Below are positions 8,974-18,255 of a DNA stretch of 64,000 bases, piece after piece (position 1 is the stretch's first letter; the number at the start of each line of letters is the position of its first letter). The stretch is from an uncultured Bacillota bacterium (GTDB lineage: Bacteria; Sysuimicrobiota; Sysuimicrobiia; Sysuimicrobiales; Segetimicrobiaceae). The stretch is from positions 256,001 through 320,000 of the forward strand of contig CAWDRG010000009.1 in the NCBI GenBank assembly GCA_963804645.1, in the 5' to 3' direction. The position numbers and the translations under genes are program-made. The notes under the pieces are model-generated. The model made no database searches. It saw only the letters and a list, made by a program, of their open reading frames with translations, and was not told the DNA's origin.

Positions 8974-9172
8974 CAGCGATAACCGGCGCGAAAAGTTCCG
9001 GACGCCGACCGGGACGGACCACCCGAGGTGGTCCGCACGAGTGTATGAACGACACGATCGGGCCAAATGTTCCCGCGCGCGGTGGCGCGCGCCGCCCGTC
9101 CGTCATCGAACTCTTCTGTACCCATTTTCTGTCCGGCACAGGCGCGCGGCGCTGGACCGCCGGGGGCGCCGA

Positions 9173-9203
9173 CGGCCGGCGGGTCTCGAACACCCGCCGG
9201 CCG
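9173..9203 (-). terminator. Stem-loop downstream of the phosphoesterase gene
   Basis: 12-bp stem CGGCCGGCGGGT / ACCCGCCGGCCG with a 7-nt loop, 40 nt after the stop. Confidence 0.6.
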
Positions 9204-9242
9204 CAGGAACTGCGCCGACCGTTTATCCCATCAGGGTCGATG

Positions 9243-10771
9243 TCAGGGAGTCGGCTCCCCGGTCATCGGGTCCAGGACGTACGTCCCGGGGCGCTGCGCG
9301 CTCGCGAACGCGAACATGTTGATGAGCGAGCCCGCCACCGCATCCATGGACTGATCGCCGATCTCGCCGAGATTCCAATTGTCCTCGACGAACTTCAGAA
9401 TCGACGACTGATCCGTCAGCGAGTGGTCGACGAAGTTCGACTTGGCCCACATCGAGATCACGAACAGGGGCAGGCGCGGGCCGTAGCCGCACCGGGTGTT
9501 GTAGGCGCCCGGCGCAAGCTTGCCGCAGTTCCCGGGCCCGGCGAGAAAGTCGTTCACGGGGTCGTGCGAGGCGCTGACGACCGGCGCGATGACGTGATCG
9601 TACCAGCCGTCGGAGTCGTCCCAGTTGATGATCACCGCGGTGCTGGACCACGTGGGCAGCCGCATCAGATGGTTGATCGTCTCCACGAGGAAGTGCTGCT
9701 CGTCGAGCGGATCGGAGTAGCCCGCGTGGCCGTCCTGATACGCGCCCGCCTTCAGGTAGCTGACCGCGGGCAGGTTGCCCGAGTCGGCCGCGGCCCAGAA
9801 GTCGAGGAGATCGTACTGGTGGTTCGCCTGGTCGGTCCGGCCGATCATCGCGACCGAGGTCGGCGGCAGGTGATGCGGGTTGGCCGTGGACGTGTAGTAC
9901 TGGAAGGGTTCGTGGTGCTGGATGTAATCCACCACGTTGGCGCCGCCGATGTTCTTGTGCGCGGCGCCGCAGACGGCCTTCACGGTCGTGCTCGGCTGGT
10001 TCGTCGGGCGAAACCCGCCCTCGAAGAATCCCCAGGTGATGTTCTTCGCGTTCAGGAGGTCGCCGACGTTTTTCCCGCTCATCGCGACCGTGGTGCCGAC
10101 CGAACAGTCATCGTACGTGGGGTCGGCGTCCGAGAAGATCGTGCCGCCGGCCACTTTGTTCGGCACGCTCGCCGGCGTGGCCCCGTGCGTCAGCCCCGAG
10201 ATGAGGTTGAGCGCGCCCGGCGTGGACGGGCCGTAGGTGGTGTTGAAGGAATAGTCGCTCATCGCGAAGTGCTGCGCGTAATTCCACAACGCCGTGACGG
10301 TGTTGCCGTCGTAGTAGGCCATCACCGAGCCGCGATCGCAGCCCGGCGCCATGGCGCCGGTCTCCTCCACGAACCGATCCATCAGCCCGCCGTCGGCCGC
10401 CCGCTGCTCCGCCGCGTAGTCGTGATCCATGTCGCAGGTGAGCGCCTGCGCCCGTCCGAGGCGGTACGGCTGGCGCGAATTGAGATTCTGGGTCAGGAGC
10501 GCCGGCGTCAGCCCGTTGACCGTCGGCGTCCCCTGTGCCGCGTGGAACGCGGGTTCGCCGGACGGGTTCATGGCGTTCGGGTAGGTGGCGAAGTAGTGGT
10601 CGAACGAGACGTTCTCCTGGAAAATCACCACGACATGCTTGATCGGCGTGCTGGTGATCAGGTTCGGATCCGTCTCGGCGCACCGACGGGGTTCACGGTT
10701 CCCCCGGCGATCATCACCACGAGCGCCGCGACGCCGGACAGCGCGGCGGCCGCGCGAGCGAATCGCTTCAT
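9243..10771 (-). CDS. Secreted phosphoesterase (phospholipase C / AcpA acid phosphatase family); one frameshift near 10680
   Basis: IKHVVVIFQENVSFDHYF, GPSTPG, DGHAGYS, WDDSDGWYDHV and GYGPRLP motifs. The true start MKRFARAAAALSGVAALVVMIAGG (ATG 10771, AAGGAG RBS) is out of frame with the body. Confidence 0.88.
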
Positions 10772-10810
10772 ACACGCTCCTTTCAACTGCGATCGATTTC
10801 GTCCGAGCGC

Positions 10811-10853
10811 ACTATACCGAAGCCGCGTTAACGAAACGGGAGAATGCCGTTAA
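10811..10853 (-). promoter_or_regulatory. Pho-box-like promoter of the phosphoesterase gene
   Basis: Minus strand reads TTAAC-N6-CTCCC-N6-TTAAC-N10-TATAGT, the same geometry as upstream of pstS. Confidence 0.55.
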
Positions 10854-10882
10854 GGTTGCCCGACGCGGCCTCCGGAGGCGCG

Positions 10883-11707
10883 TCACGGACTCCGGTCGAG
10901 GATCACGAGGGCCAGCACCGCCCGCCCGCCGCCCGACTGCGCCGACGGATCGGCGCCGGCGCGCACGATGCCGAAGCGCGTGAACCACCACGCGGGGCCG
11001 ACCCCGGTCCGCACCTCTTCCACGCCGTGGTGGGGCCGCCCGGTGCGCAGCGTCAGGTAGAAGCGCGACTCGGGCAAAAACAGCCGGTCCGCCGGCACGC
11101 CGATCGCCGCACTCTTCGGAAACCGCTCGGCCGCGGAGGCGGCCCGCCACCGCAGCACCGGCCCGCCGGCCTCCTCCTGCCACAGCAGCGCGTAGCCGCG
11201 CCACGTACCGGTGAGCAGCCACTGCCGCAGGGTGAGCCGGATCGGGGCCGAGAACCTGACCGCGAGGTCGCGCAGCCCGTCCATCGTGAGATCCGTCCGC
11301 GCCGCCGCGCTCCGGAACGGCCGCATCGGCAGCAGAATCTCCGCGGCGCCGACCTCCGCGAGGTCGGCGGCGGCGGACGCGCCGGACGGCACGAGCGCGC
11401 GCCCCAAGGCCAGCGCGACGGCCCCGTTCCACTGCGGGGTATGGGGTGGCATCGCGGCATCCACGGTCAGCGTCCATCGGGCATGCCCGGCCTCGGACGG
11501 CACGGCCTCCAGCCGCGCTCCCGATCCCGCCGCACCCGCCCGACGAATCGCGACCACGCCGCACCGTTCGGCACACCGCTCCGGTGGAAACGGCGGACGA
11601 GCCGTCAGTTGCACGCGCGCCAGCGTGCGCGCGCGGCGCTGGACCTGCGCGACGAGCGAGGCGACCACGGATGCCGCTTCGGCCCGCGCGCGGCACCGCC
11701 CTCTCAC
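10883..11707 (-). CDS. Degenerate IrrE/PprI-like protein lacking the HExxH motif
   Basis: PPFPPERCAERCGV, AVALALGRAL at the HExxH position, LAEVGAAEILLP, DLAVRFSAPI and a C-terminal LRWRAAS..FP domain. Start is uncertain. Confidence 0.6.
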   Translation of the reverse strand: MRGRCRARAEAASVVASLVAQVQRRARTLARVQLTARPPFPPERCAERCGVVAIRRAGAAGSGARLEAVPSEAGHARWTLTVDAAMPPHTPQWNGAVALALGRALVPSGASAAADLAEVGAAEILLPMRPFRSAAARTDLTMDGLRDLAVRFSAPIRLTLRQWLLTGTWRGYALLWQEEAGGPVLRWRAASAAERFPKSAAIGVPADRLFLPESRFYLTLRTGRPHHGVEEVRTGVGPAWWFTRFGIVRAGADPSAQSGGGRAVLALVILDRSP

Positions 11708-11785
11708 CCGGCCCGGGAATGACTGGGAAGCGCGGTGAACCCTTCGTGAGGGCCGGCGGGACCGGCACCGCGCGGAGGCGGAACG

Positions 11786-12265
11786 ATGTCACGGTCGCTG
11801 CTCGTGTTCTGGCTGGGAGTCGCGGTGGCGTTCGGCATCGTGGCGCTCAGCGCGTCGGCCACCACCTTCGAAGCGGGGCTCAGCCCCTCGGACAACGGCA
11901 TCACGCTGATCCAGCGCGCCGACGGCAGCGTGCTGAGCGAGCTCATTCCGACCGGGCTCACCATCGGGTCCGTGCGCTTCACCAAGCACAGCTGGGGCAT
12001 CCTGACGTCGTACCGCGACGAAGTCTCACTGATCGCCGCGGGGCTCGCGCGGGCGTCCGGCCAGCCCTTCAACCTTCGCATCACGCTGACGATGCCCGGG
12101 TCGGTGACCGGCACGAACGCGACCGGGCGCCAGGGCGGGGCGCTCCTGTGGGTCGTCTCGCCCACCGACACCTCGTTGTGGGCGGAATCGCGCGCCGTCA
12201 ACTGGCCGGTCCTGAGCCTGTTCGCGGCCGCCGCCGTGGTGTCGTGGTGGCTGGCGCGGAGATAA
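11786..12265 (+). CDS. Membrane-anchored exported protein (LppM/DUF3153-like)
   Basis: N-terminal signal/TM segment, LRITLTMPGSVTGTNA...GALLW and a C-terminal TM helix. GGAGG RBS. Confidence 0.55.
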   Translation: MSRSLLVFWLGVAVAFGIVALSASATTFEAGLSPSDNGITLIQRADGSVLSELIPTGLTIGSVRFTKHSWGILTSYRDEVSLIAAGLARASGQPFNLRITLTMPGSVTGTNATGRQGGALLWVVSPTDTSLWAESRAVNWPVLSLFAAAAVVSWWLARR

Positions 12266-12311
12266 GCGTCGGTTCCAGGGACGCGGCGCGCGCGCCGCGA
12301 ACTCCTACGCG

Positions 12312-13985
12312 GTGATGCTGCTCTTCGTCTGGCTCGGCGATCTCCTGTCCAACGCGTGGTTCGTCCTGCGCAATCTCGCGGCCGCGGTGGGCAGGCCGCG
12401 TGGGATGTACGTCCTGCTGGAGCTGCGCGGTCCCTACCCCGAACACAGCGTCCCCCGGCCGTGGTGGATCCGGCGCCGCCCCGAGACCGTGGACGAGGTG
12501 CGGCGCCGGCTCGAGTTGATCGGCGCGGACCGCGCGGCGGCCGGCGTCGTCGTGATGCTGGGTGACGTCGAGGCCGGACTGGCATCGGTCCAGAGCCTGC
12601 GGGCGGCGCTCGCCGCGTGCCGCGCGGCGGGCAAGCGCGTGATCGTCTACCTCACGCACGCCTCGACCCGCCTGTACTATCTCGCGAGCGCGGCCGACGC
12701 GGTGGTGATGCCGGAGAGCGGCACCCTCGACCTCGTCGGGGTCACACTGGAAGCCACGTTTCTCGGCGACACGCTCGAGCGGCTCGGGATCGCGGGCGAG
12801 TTCGAGCGGATCGCCGAGTACAAGAGCGCGATCGAGCCGTTCACGCGCAACGCCATGTCCGAGGCGATGCGGGAGGCGCTGAACGCCGTGCTCGACTCGG
12901 TCTTCGACGACCTCGTCGGTGAGATCGCCCGTGCGCGCGGCCTCGATCCCGACGCGGTGCGCCGCCTGATCAACGAAGCGCCCCTGTCCGCGCGCGCGGC
13001 GGCGGACGCCGCGCTCGTCGATGCGGTCCTGTTCGAGGACGAACTGGCGGCCTATCTCGCCGGCGGCACCAGCCGGCACCCGGCGATCGTGCCGTGGCCC
13101 GCGGCGCGGCGGCGGCTGCGCCGGCCGCTGCGGTGGCGGGCCGGCGCACGCGCCATCGCCGTGATCTCCCTGCGCGGTCCGATCGTGATGGGGGAGAGCC
13201 GGAACCGGCTGCCGCTGTTCGGCGGCGCGACCACGGGCCACGCCACCGTGGCCAGGGCCGTGCGGGCCGTCGAGCGCAACCCGCTGTTCGGCGCGCTCGT
13301 CCTGTCGGTCGACTCCCCCGGCGGCTCCGCGCTCGCATCCGACCTCATCTGGCGCGAGATCGAGCGGATCGGACATCGCAAACCGGTCGTCGCGTTCTTC
13401 GGCAACGTCGCGGCCTCCGGCGGATACTACGTCGCCGCCTCCGCGCGGCGGATCGTCTGCCTCCCCGGCACCCTCACCGGGTCGATCGGGATCATCGCGG
13501 GCAAGTTCAACGTGCGCGGCCTCCTCGAGCGCCTCGGCGCGCACCGGGACATCCTCGCCCGGGGGGACGCGGCGACGATCACTTCGCCGTTCGTGCCGTT
13601 CTCGGCGGACGAGCGGCGCCGGCTCCGGACGCAGATGGACGAGACATACGCGCGGTTCGTCGACCGCGTCGCCCGGGGACGGCGCATGGCGCCCGACGCG
13701 GTGCGCGCCGTGGCCCGGGGCCGGGTGTGGACGGGCCGTCAGGCGAAGGAACGGGGGTTGGTGGACGCGCTCGGCGACTTTCCCGCGGCGGTCGACGCGG
13801 CGAAGGACCTGATGGGCGTCGCGCCCGCGCGCACGGTTCCGGTCGTGCACGTCCGGGCGCCGCGGGGCGCGGCGCGCCCGCCCGAGCACCCGATCGAGGC
13901 GCTGCGCGAGATGGCGGCGGGAGCCGGCGCGTTTCTCGAGGAACGCGTGCTCGCGCTCTTCCCGTGGGAGGTCTCGCTGCGGTGA
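12312..13985 (+). CDS. sppA: Signal peptide peptidase SppA (S49, two-domain type)
   Basis: YYLASAAD, EYKSAIEPF, VDSPGGSALASD, VAASGGYYVA, TGSIGI and GRVWTG motifs. Confidence 0.93.
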   Translation: MMLLFVWLGDLLSNAWFVLRNLAAAVGRPRGMYVLLELRGPYPEHSVPRPWWIRRRPETVDEVRRRLELIGADRAAAGVVVMLGDVEAGLASVQSLRAALAACRAAGKRVIVYLTHASTRLYYLASAADAVVMPESGTLDLVGVTLEATFLGDTLERLGIAGEFERIAEYKSAIEPFTRNAMSEAMREALNAVLDSVFDDLVGEIARARGLDPDAVRRLINEAPLSARAAADAALVDAVLFEDELAAYLAGGTSRHPAIVPWPAARRRLRRPLRWRAGARAIAVISLRGPIVMGESRNRLPLFGGATTGHATVARAVRAVERNPLFGALVLSVDSPGGSALASDLIWREIERIGHRKPVVAFFGNVAASGGYYVAASARRIVCLPGTLTGSIGIIAGKFNVRGLLERLGAHRDILARGDAATITSPFVPFSADERRRLRTQMDETYARFVDRVARGRRMAPDAVRAVARGRVWTGRQAKERGLVDALGDFPAAVDAAKDLMGVAPARTVPVVHVRAPRGAARPPEHPIEALREMAAGAGAFLEERVLALFPWEVSLR

Positions 13986-14770
13986 GTCAGCCGTGCGCGG
14001 CGCGCGCCACCATCCTCGCGAGCGGCAGCGCGGGAAACGCCATGCTCCTGGAGTCGGGTCCCCACCGTCTCCTCGTCGACGCGGGGCTGTCGGCGGAGGC
14101 GCTCGAACGCGCCCTCGCCCGTGTCGGGGTGGAGGCGGCCGCGCTCGAGGCGATCGTGCTCACCCATGAGCACGACGACCACGCGAGGGGCGCGGGCCCG
14201 CTCGCACGGGCGGCCGGCCTCCGGGTGTACGCGAACGCCGGCACGGCGGCCGGGGCGGCGGGAGCGCTCAGCGGCGTCGAGGTGACGACGTTCGAGCTGG
14301 AACAGCCATTCGCGATCGGCCCGTTCACCGCGACCGCGTTCCCCGTGCCGCACGACGCCGCGCAGCCGGTCGGCTTCAGGGTCGAGGTCGCGGGCCGGCG
14401 GATCGCGATCGCGACCGACCTCGGCAGCGCGGGGCGCCAGATGGATCCGTACCTCGCCGACGCCGACTTGGTGGTGCTGGAGAGCAACTACGACCTCGGG
14501 CTGCTGCACGTCAGCGCGTACCCGTGGTTCCTGAAGAACCGCATCCTGAGCGGCCGCGGCCACCTGAGCAACGACGACGCCGCGCGCGCGCTCGCGCGGA
14601 CCGCGGGACGGTCCCGGACAATCTGCCTGGTGCACCTCAGCGAGGCGAACAACCTCGCGGCGCTCGCCCGCGACACCGTACGGGCCGCGCTCGCCGCGGT
14701 GGGCCGCGGCGCGGACGCGATCCGGGCCGTGCCGCCGAACGGCTGGACCGATCCGATCGAGGTCGGATGA
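13982..14770 (+). CDS. MBL-fold metallo-hydrolase (YycJ/WalJ-like)
   Basis: LASGSAGN, LTHEHDDH, VPHDAAQP, ATDLG, LESNYD, GHLSN and HLSEANN motifs. Confidence 0.9.
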   Translation: MSQPCAARATILASGSAGNAMLLESGPHRLLVDAGLSAEALERALARVGVEAAALEAIVLTHEHDDHARGAGPLARAAGLRVYANAGTAAGAAGALSGVEVTTFELEQPFAIGPFTATAFPVPHDAAQPVGFRVEVAGRRIAIATDLGSAGRQMDPYLADADLVVLESNYDLGLLHVSAYPWFLKNRILSGRGHLSNDDAARALARTAGRSRTICLVHLSEANNLAALARDTVRAALAAVGRGADAIRAVPPNGWTDPIEVG

Positions 14771-16275
14771 TGCGGGCCGCCAAGGGGGCTGCGCTGCGCC
14801 GGGCGACGATCGCCGCGCCGATCCGGTTCGACCGCTCGCTCTTCCGCGTCCAGGGCACCGCGCGGCTGCGCGCCGCGGCCGCCCGCATCTTGGGGCGGGC
14901 GCTCGAGGCGGCCGACCCCTACGCCGCGACACGGCGGCATCTCCGGCTCGCGGGCGACCGACTGTTGGTCGCGGGACGACCGTTCTCGATTCCGCGCGGC
15001 GCCCGCGTGGTCGTCGTGGGAGTGGGCAAGGCCGGTGCGCCGATGGCGCGGGCCGTCGAGGACGTGCTCGGCAGCCGCATCACGTCGGGCGTGGTCACGG
15101 TCAAGCGGGGCTACACGCTGCCGCTTCGCCGCATTGTGCTGCGGGAAGCCGGGCATCCGGTGCCGGACGCCGCCGGCGAAGCCGCCGCGCGGGAGATGAT
15201 GGACGCGGTGCGCGATCTGCGGCCGCGCGATCTCGTGCTCTGCCTGATCTCGGGGGGAGGATCGGCGCTGCTGCCGCTGGCCCGGCCCGGCGTCGCGCTG
15301 GACGAGGTGGTGCGCACGACGGAGCTGCTCCTCCGGTCCGGCGCCACGATCCGCGAGATGAACACCGTCCGCAAGCACCTGTCGGCGATCGCGGGCGGCC
15401 AGCTGGCCCGCGCCGTCTCGCCGGCGCGCCTGGTCACGCTCATCGTGTCGGACGTCGTCGGGACCCCGCTCGACGTCGTCGCCTCCGGGCCCACCGTGCC
15501 CGATCCCACGACCTATGCCGATGCGCTGCGCGTCCTGGACGCATACGATCTCGCGTCCCGCGTCCCGGCCGCGGTGCGCCGCACGCTGCGCCGCGGCGTC
15601 CGGAGCGCGCTGCCGGAGACGCCCAAGCCCGGCGATGCCGCGTTTCGCTCCGCGCACGTGGTGGTCGTCGCGGACAATGCCGCCGCGGCGCGCGCGGCGG
15701 TCTCCGAGGCGCGGCGCCTGGGCTTCCGCGCGCGGCTCCTGTCCACTTATATAGAAGGCGAGGCGCGCGCGATCGGTCGGACCCTCGGCGGCATCGCCCG
15801 GCAGATGGCAGAAACGGGCGATCCGATCGGCCGACCGGCCTGCCTCGTGGCCGGGGGCGAGACGACGGTCACGATGCGGGGATCCGGAAAGGGCGGCCGC
15901 AATCAGGAGCTGGCGCTCGCCGGGGCGCTGTCGCTCGAGGACGTGCCGCACGCGCTGCTGGTCAGCTTTGCGACCGACGGCGGCGACGGGCCGACCGACG
16001 CGGCCGGGGGCGTCGCCGATGGGACGACCCTCAGGCGCGCACGCGCACAGGGACTTGACCCGATGCGGCACCTCAACGACAACAACGCGTATCCGCTGCT
16101 CGCGGCCGTCGGCGATCTGATCCGTACCGGCCCGACCAATACGAACGTCGCGGACCTGATGCTCGTCCTGTGCGGAGGGCCCGGGAGCGCCGCGCCGCGT
16201 CACGCCTCCGCGGCGCGCGGCCGTGGGGCTCGGGGAGGACCGCTTCGAGCACCCGGCGAACAACGTCGCCCGTGA
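14767..16275 (+). CDS. Glycerate kinase (class II, MOFRL family)
   Basis: GVGKA, EAGHPVPD, LISGGGSAL, NTVRKHLS, GGETTV, GGRNQE, TDGGDG and TGPTNTNVAD motifs. Confidence 0.92.
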   Translation: MMRAAKGAALRRATIAAPIRFDRSLFRVQGTARLRAAAARILGRALEAADPYAATRRHLRLAGDRLLVAGRPFSIPRGARVVVVGVGKAGAPMARAVEDVLGSRITSGVVTVKRGYTLPLRRIVLREAGHPVPDAAGEAAAREMMDAVRDLRPRDLVLCLISGGGSALLPLARPGVALDEVVRTTELLLRSGATIREMNTVRKHLSAIAGGQLARAVSPARLVTLIVSDVVGTPLDVVASGPTVPDPTTYADALRVLDAYDLASRVPAAVRRTLRRGVRSALPETPKPGDAAFRSAHVVVVADNAAAARAAVSEARRLGFRARLLSTYIEGEARAIGRTLGGIARQMAETGDPIGRPACLVAGGETTVTMRGSGKGGRNQELALAGALSLEDVPHALLVSFATDGGDGPTDAAGGVADGTTLRRARAQGLDPMRHLNDNNAYPLLAAVGDLIRTGPTNTNVADLMLVLCGGPGSAAPRHASAARGRGARGGPLRAPGEQRRP

Positions 16276-16724
16276 CCCCCGACGCCACGGACAGCGCGCG
16301 CGACGGTTCGGACAGCCCCTCCCAAGTCGTACGCAGGACGGTACGCAGCGCCGGCGCGGCCGCGGTGGGACTGCTCTTCACCGTCGCCGTCGCCGCGAGC
16401 GGTCACACGTCGCAGTTTTGGAGCTCGCCGCCACCCGTCCAACCCCTTCGCGTGATCCAGACCCACCTCGTCGACGACGCGCTCGATCCGTCCGTCGTCG
16501 TGCTCGACCCGGGCCCGATCCGGTTCGAGATCACCAACGACTCCCAGGATGCGCAGTGCTTCGTGATCCACGGGCCCGGCACGTTCGCCCGCACGGCCGC
16601 CCTGCCCGCCGGCGGAAGGGCCACGCTGGACATCACCCTGGGGCACGCGGGCGCGTATGAGCTCGAATCGATGTCGCCCTCCGGCGGCGTGACGTCGCGC
16701 GGGGACCTCGAGGTACGCCGGTGA
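16272..16724 (+). CDS. Exported cupredoxin-fold-like protein
   Basis: TM/signal segment then DPSVVVLDPGPIRFEITN...LPAGGRATLDITL..AGAYEL. GTG overlaps the previous stop and its own stop overlaps glgA. Confidence 0.5.
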   Translation: MTPDATDSARDGSDSPSQVVRRTVRSAGAAAVGLLFTVAVAASGHTSQFWSSPPPVQPLRVIQTHLVDDALDPSVVVLDPGPIRFEITNDSQDAQCFVIHGPGTFARTAALPAGGRATLDITLGHAGAYELESMSPSGGVTSRGDLEVRR

Positions 16725-18205
16725 CGGCGCCGTGCCGCGTGTGCGTGTGCACGCCGGAGGCGGTCCCGTACGTCAAGACCGGCGGGCTCGCCGACGTCTC
16801 GGGGGCGCTGCCACGCGCGCTCGCCGACCTGGGGTGCGATGTCCGAATCGTGCTCCCCGGGTACCGGGCGATCGACCGCGCCGCGTTTCACTTCCGCCCG
16901 ATCGGTGGGGGAGAGATCCCGCTCGGAGCGTCCCACACCGAGGTGCGGTGGCTGGAGAGCCGGCTTCCCGGGACGGCGATCCCGGTCTACCTCGTCGAGG
17001 AGGACGCGGCGTTCGACCGGCCGGGCCTCTACGGCGACGGGGACGTCGACTACCCGGACAACCTCAGGAGGTTTACCGCGTTCGGCCGGGGCGCGCTGGC
17101 GCTCCTCCGGCACCTCGGCTGGGGCCCCGACGTCCTGCACTGCCAGGACTGGCAGACCGCGCTGCTGCCGGTCTGGCTCCGCGTCGAGCCGCGCGACCGG
17201 GTGCTCGCGGGCACCGCCACGCTGCTCACCATCCACAATCTCGCCTATCAGGGAGTGTTCCCGCGCGACGCACTTCCGGTGACGGGACTCCCGTGGGAGT
17301 TCTTCACGCCCGGGGGCATCGAATTTTTCGGACTCGTCAATCTCCTCAAGGGCGGCTTGATCTGCGCCGATCTCCTCAGCACCGTCAGCGAGCAGTACGC
17401 CCGGGAGATCCAGACCGAAGAGTTCGGCTGCGGCCTCGACGGGGTCGTCCGGAACCGCGCCAGGGATCTCGTCGGCATCCTGAACGGCGTGGACTACTCG
17501 GTGTGGGATCCGTCGCACGACGCGTTCATCCCGGCGCGCTACACGCGCGAGGATCTGGCCGGCAAGACGGTGTGCAAGACGCACCTGCAGCGCACGCGGG
17601 GGCTGCGGGTGGATCCGGATGCCCCCCTGCTCGGCGTGATCTCGCGGCTGGTCGACCAGAAGGGTCTGGACCTCGTGGCCGCGGTCGCGGACGCGCTCCT
17701 CGGCCTCGGCGCGCAACTCTCGGTCCTCGGCCTCGGCGATCCCAGGTATCATGCGCTCTTCGAGGAACTCCACCAACGCCACCCGGACCGGGCGGCGTTC
17801 CAGCTCGGGTACGACGATGCGCTCGCCCACCAGATCGAGGCCGGCGCCGACATATACCTGATGCCGTCCCGGTTCGAGCCGTCCGGCCTGAGCCAGCTGT
17901 ACAGCCTGCGGTACGGGACGGTCCCGGTGGTCCGCCGGACCGGGGGGCTCGCGGACACGATTGTGGACGCGACCCCCGACGCCGTGGCCCGAGACGCGGC
18001 CAACGGCTTCGTGTTCGACGCCTACACGCCGGACGCGTTCCTGGACGCGGCGAAGCGGGCGATCTTCGCCTGGCGCGAGCCTCCCCTGTGGCGGCGGCTG
18101 CAGTCCGTCGGGATGGGCCAGGATTTCTCATGGGGACGCGCCGCCGCCCGGTACCTCGACGCCTACCAGCGCGCGATCGCGGCGCGGCGCGCGGCCGTGC
18201 ACTAG
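16721..18205 (+). CDS. glgA: Glycogen synthase
   Basis: KTGGLADV, HCQDWQT, TIHNLAYQG, SRLVDQKG and MPSRFEPSGLSQL motifs. Confidence 0.95.
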   Translation: MTAPCRVCVCTPEAVPYVKTGGLADVSGALPRALADLGCDVRIVLPGYRAIDRAAFHFRPIGGGEIPLGASHTEVRWLESRLPGTAIPVYLVEEDAAFDRPGLYGDGDVDYPDNLRRFTAFGRGALALLRHLGWGPDVLHCQDWQTALLPVWLRVEPRDRVLAGTATLLTIHNLAYQGVFPRDALPVTGLPWEFFTPGGIEFFGLVNLLKGGLICADLLSTVSEQYAREIQTEEFGCGLDGVVRNRARDLVGILNGVDYSVWDPSHDAFIPARYTREDLAGKTVCKTHLQRTRGLRVDPDAPLLGVISRLVDQKGLDLVAAVADALLGLGAQLSVLGLGDPRYHALFEELHQRHPDRAAFQLGYDDALAHQIEAGADIYLMPSRFEPSGLSQLYSLRYGTVPVVRRTGGLADTIVDATPDAVARDAANGFVFDAYTPDAFLDAAKRAIFAWREPPLWRRLQSVGMGQDFSWGRAAARYLDAYQRAIAARRAAVH

Positions 18206-18255
18206 ACGCGGTCGAGACGCGCGCCGCGCACAACCGGCTCAACGGAGGGGGCACC

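Noticed and set aside
9015..9035. 9-bp stem hairpin upstream of the S41 peptidase promoter
   Set aside because: Single copy with no recognisable RNA family, so no function can be assigned.
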